Of a DNA stretch of 64,000 nucleotides, positions 1-13,164 are shown piece by piece (the stretch's first letter is position 1; each line of letters starts with the position of its first letter). Source of the stretch: Octopus bimaculoides. Taxonomy: Eukaryota. The position numbers and the translations under genes are program-made. The notes under the pieces are model-generated. The model saw only the letters and a list, made by a program, of their open reading frames with translations. It searched no databases and was not told the origin of the DNA. The DNA lies in the NCBI RefSeq assembly GCF_001194135.2, contig NC_068991.1, positions 20,847,389-20,911,388 on the forward strand, written 5' to 3'.

Positions 1-838
1 AAGCAAGAAATACTTCATAGCTAATTGTTATATTTCGGTAGATACAAAATCTAGCTGAAATAGCCTAATAACACATACACACATATACGTGTATATGTGT
101 ATGTGTGTGTGTGTGTGTGTGTGTATGTGTGTATGTGTGTGTGTGTGTGTGTTTGTGTGCATATGTATGTAAATGTATATATACATATATGTATATATGT
201 GTATATGTGTGTGTGTACACACACATATAAATACACATACATACATACACAACTGTGTATGTGTATGTGTGTACATCCAAAAGTGTACATTTTTGTGTGT
301 GATATATATATATATATATATACACACACATATATATACACATATGCACACACACACACATGTATGTATGTATGTATGTACATACATAATAATCTATACA
401 CATACATTTAGCAGGAGTGTCATAAATCCCAAAGTCCAGGCAGGTTACCATTAAAAGAATTACCTTGACAACAGCTCAGTGTCCTTTTTTTAATTAATAC
501 TTAAGAAATGAGCTGACATAAAACTGATAAATGGGTCTATATATGGCTTTTTCTGTCTTTTTCACCTTCATGGCTTGTTTTTTTTTTTACTGTTTTTTTT
601 TACTGTTTTTTTTTTACTGTTTTTTTTTTCTTTTTTGTGGTAGTCAACTACATGTAAGATGTAGGAGTGGTGTAAAAATATAAAAATGTGTTAACTAATT
701 TATATAAAAAAACAATAGGGTGTTCTTTCAGAGTGGCTTGTCCCAGCCCCCAAAATTGAAATCCAGCCCATACCGGATTTCAAAGAAGTTCAGTCAATGT
801 TCATGCTGTATAAGAAATAATAATAATAATAATAATAA

Positions 839-1213
839 CTGAGCAAATATAAAGATCTTGAAATAGAAATTAGCAAAATGTGGAATCTGAAGACGAAAAC
901 AATACCTATTGTCATAGGTGCCCTGGGAATGACAGCGAAAAGGGCTGATTACTACCTAGCTCAGATACCAGGAAACCCCAAAATGGCTGAAGTTCAAAAG
1001 ATAGTGCTCATGGGAACTGCCCATATCCTACGTAAAATACTGTCTATGTGATCTCAAATTTTAAAACATTCTCTAGAACAACACTGTACAAATTCAAATA
1101 TATGGTACCCTAGGCATGAACTTCTACATGAACTTCTAACTTGTTGTCTCTTGAGGTTTCTGGGTGAGACTTGGATCCAACTTGTACAAATGCAAAGCAA
1201 AAGTCAAACATAA
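839..1213 (+). mobile_element. 5'-truncated RLE-type non-LTR retrotransposon (R4/Dong-like) 3' end, embedded in (TAA)n
   Basis: Encodes SKYKDLEIEISKMWNLKTKTIPIVIGALG...LMGTAHILRKIL*, a typical C-terminus of an RLE ORF. Flanked by (TAA)n at about 817-838 and 1214-1251. Confidence 0.8.
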
Positions 1214-1253
<40 letters not shown>

Positions 1254-1304
1254 GACCTAGTGATCATGAGTGCAACACCCTAACCACTAATCCATGTGCC
1301 CTCG

Positions 1305-1351
<47 letters not shown>

Positions 1352-1354
1352 GTA

Positions 1355-1386
<32 letters not shown>

Positions 1387-1589
1387 TTCATTTATTTGCC
1401 ACCAGGGCAAAGGATAAGGGATATGATACAAAGACAGACATAAAATGTGGGGGTTTGCATATAATGAAATGATAAAAAGTTCATAAAAAAAAATATTAGA
1501 ATACACAGTATACAAGGAAAAGGAAGGGACACATACATAGCATACAAAGGTTTAAAAAAAAAAAGGGGAAGATGATAGAGATGTAGCCC

Positions 1590-1900
1590 CCCCCCCNNNN
1601 NNNNNNCCCCCAGATACAGGATGACCTCTAGGAATGATTGAGGAACCCCAATGTCCAAGATTTCCCTGAACACCAAGAACAAGTGCCCTCTCCAATCTGT
1701 TCTCTCCGACTCACAGGCAGGTCTACACTTAGAGAGATACCATCCACTCTTGCCATTTTCGCAACTTTCGATAAACTCACTCGAGGACTGAGCTTATTGC
1801 TTACAATGCTCAGGTGCATTTTACCTAAGTTAAGTAAAAGCAAAACAGTAATAGAAGGTAGAAGTACATGCACAACACACTGAATAAAACACAAAAAGAG
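1590..1900 (-). mobile_element. Possible decayed Tx1-like LINE 3' end
   Basis: KLSPRVSLSKVAKMARVDGISLSVDL resembles the same C-terminal pattern as 59100-59530. Confidence 0.35.
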
Positions 1901-2608
1901 AGTGAAGCAAGTTAGACAATGGAAGAGAAGGTGCCATGCAGTGGGATTGAACCTGGGACCATAGTTAGAATCACAATAAAGTTTAACATTGAATCAGCAA
2001 TATGTTATCCACACCTTTCCCTTGTAACCTCTTCATATTCTGACATAAAATAAAACAGAAAACTGTTTTCAATCGTAAAAGGTAAAGTCCCTTTTAACAG
2101 AAGACCTGGCAGAGAAACTAACAAACAATGTTTGCCTGTAACAGAGACCAAATAAATCTGGAAACTTTGTGTTTGGTGAAGTGACAACAATTATACGCAG
2201 CAGTTATTACACAATGTCGTGGGCAGCTGTGAAATATGATAGAGTCAAAATATTGACAATGTGATTTACAACTACATTTTTGTTGTTGTTGTTGTTGTTG
2301 TATTTGCTTAGCCCTGAGTCAGTCCTCAAAAGGCAAGCCTAGGATCAAAGGCATTCTAGTCATGCCAATCGTGTATTCTTCGTCGTTGTTATCTTTCAAA
2401 TGGTAGTGTGTAATTTGAGAGAGATTTGGTAACTATTTTGAGAAAATTGAGCAATTGCATAGATATACATCATGTAGCAAATGTAATAGTGGTAATAGCA
2501 GCAGCAGCAGCAGAAGCAGAAGCAGAAGCAAAAGAAGAAGAAGAAGAAGAAGAAGTGGTGGTGGTGGTGGTGGTGGTGGTGGTGGTAGTAGTAGTAGTGG
2601 TAGTAGTT

Positions 2609-2671
<63 letters not shown>

Positions 2672-3838
2672 CTGGACACTGAAAAGATCAAAGGCAAAGT
2701 TGACCTCAGTGACATATGAACTCAGAATGTCAAAACAGAAGAAATGCCACTAAGCATTTTGTGCAATGAAAACAATTTCTGATTTAGGCACAAGGACAAC
2801 AAAGTTGTTACAGATCAGTTACTCAGTTCCACCAATCCCAGTACCTGGGTGGCTCTTTGACAGGCAAAGTTAACTCTAGCATGGAATAAACTCATAAAGC
2901 AAAATTGGAACAGTTCACCACAAAGCATTTTCCCCAATACTCTAAAAATTATGTCAGCCTGCTACTAGCAGCAGCAGCAGCAGCAGCAACAACACCAACA
3001 ATAATAGTACTGACAATTTACAGGGAAAGGGATATGATTGATTAAGATGATCCCCACCAATCCACAAACTTTTCGCACTTTAATATTTGCTTGCAGCTTA
3101 TTAACAACAGGAAGGATAAAATACAAATCAACACCAGAAGAATTAAACACACACACATATATATATATATATATACAGGGAGAGAGAAACAGAGACAGAC
3201 AGACAGACATATATATAAACACACATACATGTACATTTATACATTATACAAAAACATATATGCATATATATATATATATANNNNNNNNNNNNNNNNNNNN
3301 NNNNNNNNNNNNNNNNNNNNNNNNNNNNNNNNNNNNNNNNNNNNNNNNNNNNNNNNNNNNNNNNNNNNNNNNNNNNNNNNNNNNNNNNNNNNNNNNNNNN
3401 NNNNNNNNNNNNNNNNNNNNNNNNNNNNNNNNNNNNNNNNNNNNNNNNNNNNNNNNNNNNNNNNNNNNNNNNNNNNNNNNNNNNNNNNNNNNNNNNNNNN
3501 NNNNNNNNNNNNNNNNNNNNNNNNNNNNNNNNNNNNNNNNNNNNNNNNNNNNNNNNNNNNNNNNNNNNNNNNNNNNNNNNNNNNNNNNNNNNNNNNNNNN
3601 NNNNNNNNNNNNNNNNNNNNNNNNNNNNNNNNNNNNNNNNNNNNNNNNNNNNNNNNNNNNNNNNNNNNNNNNNNNNNNNNNNNNNNNNNNNNNNNNNNNN
3701 NNNNNNNNNNNNNNNNNNNNNNNNNNNNNNNNNNNNNNNNNNNNNNNNNNNNNNNNNNNNNNNNNNNNNNNNNNNNNNNNNNNNNNNNNNNNNNNNNNNN
3801 NNNNNNNNNNNNNNNNNNNNNNNNNNNNNNNNNNNNNN

Positions 3839-4487
3839 AGAAGCCAAGAGACAATGCATTGCACATTTGCTTTGTGCCGGGGTTGCAATTAGACTTATTG
3901 CTGAGACTGTTGGGGCCTCTGTGAGCACTGTCTACAACGTTAAGAACTGAATACTGGATGCATCCTTATTTTTCCAACCATTATATACATGAACTACCAT
4001 TGAACTTCAAAAGCTCAAAGACAATATAATGTATTGGTATATTTATTTTTTTATATATTATTTTCTTCATTTTGTACTTCTTTGTAAAAAACATTTTCAT
4101 TCTCTTTATTAAGAACTGAATACTGGATATGGGAGGCATCAAAAGAAAGTAAGGAAGTGGAGACATAAATAAAAAACAGGATAGTGCATTTCTTAAATCT
4201 CTCAAAGCCAAAATTTCGAAAGACCCAACAGCATCCATGAGAAAATTGTCCATGGCAATGTAAGTTGATCCAAAGACCATAAAAAATGCTGTACACACTA
4301 ATTTACAGTTGGGGTCATACATGAGGACTCTGAGACACCTATTGACCAATGAAATGAAAGACAGAAGGTATGAAAGGGCTAAAAAAGTGTTACAATACCT
4401 GAAGCACAATGGACAAACCGTCAAAATCTTTTCAGACGACAAAATCTTTACCATTGATGCTGTTTTAAAACATCGCAATGATCTAAT
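3839..4487 (+). pseudogene. Tc1/mariner-superfamily transposase N-terminal half (maT/DD37D-like), interrupted
   Basis: After removing the insert, the frame reads EAKRQCIAHLLCAGVAIRLIAETVGASVSTVYNVKN*...KISKDPTASMRKLS...RHLLTNEMKDRRYERAKK...KIFSDDKIFTIDAVL. This gives two HTH regions and the first catalytic D. Confidence 0.85.
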
Positions 4488-4550
4488 ATATATATATATA
4501 TATATAAGTCAGTAAATAGTGGGGTTGTGTTAACCGCACGTGGAGAAATA

Positions 4551-5248
4551 ATAGGAAAATGAAGAATAAGGCAGAATGCTAAACTGGAAGCATATTTTAA
4601 TAAAGAGAATGAAAATGTTTTTTACAAAGAAGTACAAAATGAAGAAAATAATATATAAAAAAAATAATATATAAAAAAATAAATATACCAATACATTATA
4701 TTGTCTTTGAGCTTTTGAAGTTCAATGGTAGTTCATGTATATTATGGTTGGAAAAATAAGGATGCATGAGAATTGAGAGTTGTGTTAGGTTTAAAAAAGG
4801 GTTAAAAGTTTGTGTAAAGCAGGAAGTGTGGTGTCAAAACAGGAAGTGTGTGTAAGGGGAGACAAATGTTTTTAGTTGGAGTTATGAACTCTTTTTCAAC
4901 AGGAAGTTTATGTCTGTTCCTAGAGAAATAAGGTCACTGAGGGGTATGTGTGTTAAGAAATGGTTGGAATTTTTCTATGAAACCTAACACAGCTCTCAAT
5001 TCTCATGCATCCTTATTTTTCCAACTATTATATACATGAACTACCATTGAACTTCAAAAGCTCAAAGACAATATAATGTACTGGTATATTTATTTTTTTA
5101 TATATTATTTTCTTCATTTTGTACTTCTTTGTAAAAAAACATTTTCATTCTCCTTCTTGAAAATTTGCTTCACAATGAAAGCCGGTTAGAAATCTTTATT
5201 AAGATATGCTTCCAGTTTAGCATTCTGCCTTATTCTTCATTTTCCTAT
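4551..5248. repeat. Foldback element: about 240-270 bp inverted arms (4551-4792 / 4980-5248) around a 187-bp spacer
   Basis: The arms are near-perfect reverse complements apart from one short duplication and one roughly 40-bp insertion. Confidence 0.85.
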
Positions 5249-7244
5249 ATATATATATATATATATATCACACACATATACACATACATATGTACACACA
5301 CATACATTTTTGTATTACCACTTTCACTAATTTAAATAGCTCTTAGAATCTATAAATGCAGTAAAATTATTTCAAAACATTTGTATACAATGCATGTATA
5401 TATATATGTATGTGTGAGTCTCTCTCTGCATGCATTTGTGTGTGGCATGACTCATCAATGCATATCTAAGTATGCAGTATTAGTGTTCCCCAGACAAACT
5501 TGGGGTAATAACTGGAACAACAGGTGTTTGATTGTTGCCTGTCCCTTTAGTCAATGCCTATCTTCTGTATAGGCTGACTGAATCAGAAGTGGCTAGGGTT
5601 ACACATCTTCATCATTTTCAACAACAAAAATGACAACCACTAAATCACTATACATCAAAACAAAGCATTGACACAACTGGTTAAAGAAAGCTGTCCTTAT
5701 CTCACCAAATTAAGCACAGTAGCACTCTCATCACCGCCTATATATTACAGGCGCAGGAATGGCTGTGTGGTAAGTAGCTTGCTTACAAACCACATGGTTT
5801 CGGGTTCATTCTCATTGCGTGGCACCTTGGGCAATTGTCTTCTAATATAGCCTCGGGCCGACCAAAGCCTTGTGAGTGGATTTGGTAGACAGAAACTGAA
5901 AGAAGCCCATCGTATATATGTATATCATCATCATCATCATCGTCGTTTAATGTCTGCTTTCCATGCTAGCATGGGTTGGACGATTTGACTGAGGACTGGT
6001 GCAACCAGATGGCTACACCAGGTTCCAATCTGATTTGGCAGAGTTTCTACGGCTGGATGCCCTTCCTAACGCCATATATATATATATATATATANNNNNN
6101 NNNNNNNNNNNNNNNNNNNNNNNNNNNNNNNNNNNNNNNNNNNNNNNNNNNNNNNNNNNNNNNNNNNNNNNNNNNNNNNNNNNNNNNNNNNNNNNNNNNN
6201 NNNNNNNNNNNNNNNNNNNNNNNNNNNNNNNNNNNNNNNNNNNNNNNNNNNNNNNNNNNNNNNNNNNNNNNNNNNNNNNNNNNNNNNNNNNNNNNNNNNN
6301 NNNNNNNNNNNNNNNNNNNNNNNNNNNNNNNNNNNNNNNNNNNNNNNNNNNNNNNNNNNNNNNNNNNNNNNNNNNNNNNNNNNNNNNNNNNNNNNNNNNN
6401 NNNNNNNNNNNNNNNNNNNNNNNNNNNNNNNNNNNNNNNNNNNNNNNNNNNNNNNNNNNNNNNNNNNNNNNNNNNNNNNNNNNNNNNNNNNNNNNNNNNN
6501 NNNNNNNNNNNNNNNNNNNNNNNNNNNNNNNNNNNNNNNNNNNNNNNNNNNNNNNNNNNNNNNACAAAACTAAACCCAAAGCTGACAATGTTGGTGCCTC
6601 CACCACCACAATCATCATGTGCACACACAGAGGCATACTTAATCCCTCCCCTGCTCTGCTCCACTCACTCCAACCTCATCAAGCCCAGCCCAGTCCAGAT
6701 AGAACAGAGGAGCTCAGAGTGACCTAGAACAGCTTTTGTGAAACTGAAAGGAGTTGTCATAAAAAAAAAATTATAAATTGACAGCTGCACGTAAAAATAG
6801 AAATAAAAATAAACTTAAAGAAATATTAGAAACTAAAAAAAAAAAAAGTGGGGGTGAGAATTAAATTTCAAGGTTTACATTACAAGATCCTCTCTGCTGT
6901 GCCTGCCTACCTGTGTGTGTTCGTGGTTCACCTCATATTCACATTCCACCATTACCACCACTCCCTGCTCACAGTCAGTTACCTAGCAGCAATCAATGAG
7001 GAGAGAACCATTAGAGCTAAAGTTTGATTTGGCTTATCAAAGATAATTTAGCCTAAGTACAATCATTCCTTACCTTCAACTAACTTCTGGAGGTGGTGGT
7101 GGTTGTTGTTATTTTTAGCTTCAAGACAACCCTGATTAAGGTGACCTATTCCAGCTGTGACGATCCTGGCTTTTTCCTGTGTACCAACAACCCAGGATGA
7201 TATTATCTAATAACGAGTCCTTTTCAAGGTGATAAGAGTGTGAT

Positions 7245-7473
7245 TTAACCCTTTAGCATTTAAACCAGCCATATCCGGCCAAAAGTATTCTGCCTGTTTT
7301 ATATTCAAACTGGCCAGATCTGGTCTCTCATAACAACCCTACAATATTGTTTTAAAAATTAACAGCTACCTCATCAAAATCTCATAGCTACAAGGTAATG
7401 TATGATTAGTTCAAAACGATGTAGATGAAAAAGCATTAATTTTGGCAGAATAATGCGAACACTAAAGGGTTAA
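7245..7473. mobile_element. piggyBac-type MITE (TTAA TSD, CCCTTTAG termini)
   Basis: TTAA|CCCTTTAGCATT ... AACACTAAAGGG|TTAA, 221 bp between the TSDs. Confidence 0.8.
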
Positions 7474-9209
7474 GAGAAATTTGGTTGCCATTTTAGCAAG
7501 TCAAGAAATCATATAGAGATTCTTTCATTGACTTGATGCAAAGGATGTACATACATGTACATATATACACATGCATACAAATATATAAGCACACACATCA
7601 TTTAATGTCTGCTTCACGTGCTGGCATGGATTGGATGGTTTGACATGGAGCTGTCCAGACTTCAATTGTCTGTTGTGGCATGGTTTCTATGGCTGGATGC
7701 CCTTCCTAATGCCAACCACTTGTCGTCTCCTCAGTGAGGCCTAGCATCCAAAGATCCTTTCTCATTACTTCACACACATATATACAAAAATAAACAGACA
7801 TACACATATATGAATGATTTATCATTATAATTTAACATTCATGTTCCCTGCTGGCACGGGCTGACAGGATCCAATGAGTCCAAAGACTGAATTATGCTCT
7901 AATACCTGCTTTGGCATGGTTTCTATGGCTGGATGCCCTTCTTAATGCCAACCACTTTATAGTGTGTACTGGGTACATTTTTTGTGCCACCAGCACTATT
8001 GAGCTTGCCTTGCAGCTTGAAAGACTATAAAGAAGGGAGACCGGTTTAATGTTGGAGGATGAGATGTTAAAGTATAAGAGAAAGGGAGCAGAAGAAGTTT
8101 CTGTACTAGAGCTGCATGGATACTCACATTTAGTAGGAGAGAGAGAGAGAGAGAAATGATCAGTGGGAGCTGCAAAGAGATAGATGTTTTATACAAACAC
8201 ACACACACAGTGGATTTTAATAGTATCTAAGATGTTGGAGAACTAGATCATGCTCCATTATCTTCTCTAGCATGGCTTTTACAACTGGGTGCTCTTCCCA
8301 ATGCCAACCACTTTACAGAGTATAAACAATTGGACATGTGCATTTTCTGTGATGATTAGATAAGCAGTGCCAATTTTACAATTCTGTAAATAATAATATT
8401 TTATAAGGTTAATGCTTATAAGCGATCACCATGTATTGGCTAAATAAAATAGTCCAATAGCCTAAAGAAAATAGTCTTATAAGTCCCAATATATANNNNN
8501 NNNNNNNNNNNNNNNNNNNNNNNNNNNNNNNNNNNNNNNNNNNNNNNNNNNNNNNNNNNNNNNNNNNNNNNNNNNNNNNNTATATATATATATATGTATG
8601 TATGTATCTTATATGCCCAAATACTAGACAGTGATCACTTATAAACTTTAAGCTTATAAAATATTATTATTACTTTATAGAATGTAATAAATGCCTTCTT
8701 CATGAGACCAGCACTAGTGAGGTTGTCATGTAGCTTGCAAGACTAAAATCCCTTTCAAATAAGTATGGCTACAATAGAGAAGGAGACAGCTTTATGCAAG
8801 GTTAAAAGTATAAGGGAATGGGCTGGAACAGGCTTCTTGCCAAACAGGAGGTAGATGGCTGCTCACATTATACAAGAGTGGATGCAAGTAGTTGCTGTAG
8901 AACTGGGAAGAGCAATAAATGGTGATGACAGGGTGTCAAAGTGAGTCCCAGGAGGAAGAGGAACAAGAAAAGAGGCTGGGTAGGGTTTGAAAGAGTGTAT
9001 GGAGAGAGTGAGGGCAGGTTAGAGATGGGAGCTGGGGTGCAAATATACCAAATGAAGAACAAGGGTTGGGGTGGGAAAAGGATCGTTGATAAATGAGTTG
9101 GATGGAAGGGAGGGGAAAGTAGGTAACTAGATATTTCATAGGGTTGAAAGGTGTACATACTACATGTACGGAGGAGTGAAGGTACTGAATGTTGGAAGAG
9201 TGATCAATG

Positions 9210-9242
<33 letters not shown>

Positions 9243-9558
9243 NNNNNNNNNNNNNNNNNNNNNNNNNNNNNNNNNNNNNNNNNNNNNNNNNNNNNNNNNN
9301 NNNNNNNNNNNNNNNNNNNNNNNNNNNNNNNNNNNNNNNNNNNNNNNNNNNNNNNNNNNNNNNNNNNNNNNNNNNNNNNNNNNNNNNNNNNNNNNNNNNN
9401 NNNNNNNNNNNNNNNNNNNNNNNNNNNNNNNNNNNNNNNNNNNNNNNNNNNNNNNNNNNNNNNNNNNNNNNNNNNNNNNNNNNNNNNNNNNNNNNNNNNN
9501 NNNNNNNNNNNNNNNNNNNNNNNNNNNNNNNNNNNNNNNNNNNNNNNNNNNNNNNNNN

Positions 9559-9604
<46 letters not shown>

Positions 9605-10372
9605 TGGGGGGAAAAAGTCTGACTGGCAATAAAGAAGGTGCAAAGAACCTCAGAATAGTAGTAATACAGTAGACAGAAGAAGGATGGGAGGAGGAGGAAG
9701 ATTACATGTTTTGCATGAGTGAGAGTGGAAAGACAGATACAGTGTGTGAGAAGAGTAAGAGATGTATGGCGATGAAGGTAAGTCAACAGAAATGATTCAG
9801 TAGAGGTGGGTGTTGAGAGAGTGAGAAATGTATGGTGATAGGGACAAGTCAACTAGAAGTGCTTTCGTAGAAAGAGAGCAGGTGAGATAATTTGGTAGCA
9901 TAAGCAGGCTGAGTAAGCAATATATCTTTTATCTTTTAGTTTTGGTCATTGAACTATGGCTGTTGATCTGGTATAGGCCTTTTCCAGGGTCTCTTGCACT
10001 GTCATTAGGTGGTTGGTAAGGAAATTAGGAAAAGATGAATGGGTTGTATCTCAGCAGCTTCCATTGCTGACACTGCCAAATTGTACAATATTGTTATCGG
10101 GTGTCAAAATTATGATGGTATTTGGTCAACATCTGATGAAGGATCGAGCATGTTTGTGTCATCTGTTGTGTATTTTTTCAGTTTTTTTTTTTTTTTTGCC
10201 AAGTCTTTATCATCACTCTGTGCCATCTTTCTCATAAGTGTGTGTGTGTGTATGTGTGTGTATGCATGGGGGAACACACACACACACACACACAAATATA
10301 GTCAGGCCTGAGAATAACTTCCTATTATTGCAGCTTTCTATTGCATAGTGCCAATTTACTTGATGCCCTAGG

Positions 10373-10772
10373 AGGCAAGCTGACAGAAACGTTAGCACGC
10401 CGGGCGAAATGCTTAGCAGTATTTCGTCTGCCGTTACGTTCTGAGTTCAAATTCCGCCAAGGTCGATTCTGCCTTTCATCCTTTCGGGGTCGATGAATTA
10501 AGTACCAGTTACACACTGGGTTTGATGTAATCGACTTAATCCCTTTGTCTGTCCTTGTTTGTCCCCTCTATGTTTAGCCCTCGTGGGCAATAAAGAAATA
10601 AGAAACGTTAGCACGCCGGGCAAAACACTTATCAGTATTTCGTCTGTCTTTACGTTCTGAGTTCAAATTCCACCTAGGTAGACTTTGCCTTTCATCCTTC
10701 TGGGGTCGATAAATGAAGTACCAGTTGCGTACTGGGGTCGATCTAATCGACTGGCTCCCTCCCCCAAAATTT
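10373..10772 (+). mobile_element. SINE family E, head-to-tail dimer
   Basis: GCAAGCTGACAGAAACGTTAGCACGCCGGG...GAGTTCAAATTCC. The second copy starts at the AAGAAA of the first. Other copies at about 28150-28378, 22690-22880, 18795-18940 and 57290-57385. Confidence 0.8.
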
Positions 10773-12099
10773 NNNNNNNNNNNNNNNNNNNNNNNNNNNN
10801 NNNNNNNNNNNNNNNNNNNNNNNNNNNNNNNNNNNNNNNNNNNNNNNNNNNNNNNNNNNNNNNNNNNNNNNNNNNNNNNNCCTGCTCGTGAAATTAACAT
10901 GCAAGTGGCCGAGCACTCCACAGACACGTGTACCCTTAACGTAGTTCTCGGGGATATTCAGCGTGACACAGAGTGTGACAAGGCTGGCCCCTTTGAATTA
11001 CAGGCACAACAGAAACAGGAAGAAAGAGTGAGAGAAAGTTGTGGTGGAAGAGTACAGCAGGGTTCGCCACCATCCCCTGCCGGAGCCTCGTGGAACTTTA
11101 GGTGTTTTTGCTCAATAAACATTCACAACGCCCGGTCTGGGAATCGAAACCGCGATCCTATGACCGCGAGTCCGCTGCCCTAGCCACTGGACCATTGCGC
11201 CCCCACGGTCCTGTATCAGGTACAATAGAAAGCACAGGCCCACGAGTATCACTTTGGAAATCTGGCCTATTTACTAGCAGTCACTGACTTCCTGTTGGGC
11301 TCATTCACAGGTATCAGAGTAGTGGTTAATAAAAACTCCTAAATTGTGATTTCTTCTTCTTTCCTCCCTCCAGCCAGTTTCAGAGGTGCTACAAATGTCA
11401 TGAGCCGAGCTCATTCTCTTTTTGGTTTTAGGCATTCAACCATAACCTTAATAATAAATGCATGGTAAATTGTTCTGTTGGCAAACACGGTGAAAATGCT
11501 AGCAGTGGAATGGAACTCACAACCCAGCGTGCAGATAGTGCAATACCCTAACCATTCAGCTATCTCTTCTCTCTCTCTCTCTCATTTTATAGATGATAAA
11601 GACTTTGTTGAAACAGATTAGGATTTGGCAACTATAATGAGGAGAAAACAAAGTGAGTCATCATCATCATCATCATCATTATCATCATCATTATGTTATA
11701 TAAAAGTACTCTTGCTAGCCTTAGCTTATTCTTTCAGAGTAGTGATGATGATGATGGTGGTGGTGGTGGTGGGAAGGATGGAATGCTGACATTGTTGGTT
11801 TTATACTTTCCATTATCTCCCCTATTTCAAACATAGACTTAGAATTGAAACTCCATTTTTCAATGAGTGAATGAATGTACATGTGTGTATCTATAAGTGT
11901 TTGTGTGTGTGAATGACCCGAGTGGAGGCACCTATATCTCCATGGGAAATAGAAAAATAAAGAGAAATAACTAAAAGAGTGGGGAAGGTGGTGGTGGTGG
12001 TTGGTAATGGTGGTAATGTAGTGTTATGGAGGGGGGGGATTGTAGCAGAGGGGGGATTAATGATTATAAATAAGTACAGAGATCTGCTGACCTGAAGAG

Positions 12100-13010
12100 A
12101 ACACTGATAAGAAATGCAAATAGTCAAGTAGATAGCAAATATTAGTAATAAATTTAGTAGTTGTGGGGGTACCGATAATGATGGTGATGGTGGTGGTGGT
12201 GGTGGTGGTGGTGGTGGTGNNNNNNNNNNNNNNNNNNNNNNNNNNNNNNNNNNNNNNNNNNNNNNNNNNNNNNNNNNNNNNNNNNNNNNNNNNNNNNNNN
12301 NNNNNNNNNNNNNNNNNNNNNNNNNNNNNNNNNNNNNNNNNNNNNNNNNNNNNNNNNNNNNNNGGTGGTAGCAGTGGTAATGACGGAAGTGGTGGTGGTG
12401 GTGGTGGCGGCAGTGGTGGTGGTGAGTGATGTGATAGGTGGAAGTTGTGGCACTACTAGTAAATGCTAGTGGGAGTGGTAGTTATAATGGTAGTAATAGT
12501 TAGTGGTGGTGGTGGTGGTGGTGATAATAGTAATGGTATGGTAGTGGTAATGGTGACAGCATAGCAGTGTGTGTGTGTGTGTGCAGTGGTTGTGATGTTG
12601 CTGATGGTAGTGGTGGTGGTATTGGTGATGGTGTTGGTGGTGGCATGTGGTAGTGGTAGTAGTGTTGGTAGTGGTGTTTTTTTTGTTGGTGGTGGGTGCT
12701 GGTAGCAGCAGTGGTGGTGTTAGTGGTAGTGGTGTTGGCAGTAGTTGTGGTGTTGGCAGTAGTGGTGGTGGTGTTGGTGGTAGTGATGGTGGTGTTATTA
12801 GTAGTGGTAATATATGCAGCAGTGGTGGTGGCGTTGGCAGTGGTGGTGGCGTTGGCAGTAGTGGTGGTGATGTTGGTGATAGTGGTGGTGCTGTTGGTGG
12901 TGTTGGTGATAGTGGTTGTGATGTTGCTGATGGCAGTGGCTGTGATGGTAGTGGTGGCGCCTGTAGTAATGATGTCATAGTGACAGCGGTAATAGTGAGT
13001 TTAATAAATA
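12100..13010. repeat. Compound (GGT/AGT/GGC)n low-complexity tract
   Basis: Source of spurious poly-V/G/T/P ORFs. Similar tracts at 2500-2670 and 56670-56990. Confidence 0.9.
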
Positions 13011-13032
13011 TTGATGAATACAGAAGTATAAG

Positions 13033-13112
<80 letters not shown>

Positions 13113-13122
13113 NNNNNNNNNN

Positions 13123-13164
<42 letters not shown>

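Noticed and set aside
28-454. Overlapping ORFs of HTHT/CVCV/YIYI type here and at many other sites
   Set aside because: These are translations of (CA)n/(TA)n/(TG)n microsatellites and N-gaps, not genes.
10110-10230. Short ORF MAQSDDKDLAKKKKKLKKYTTDD
   Set aside because: The Lys run comes from a poly-T tract, and there is no recognisable family or splice sites.
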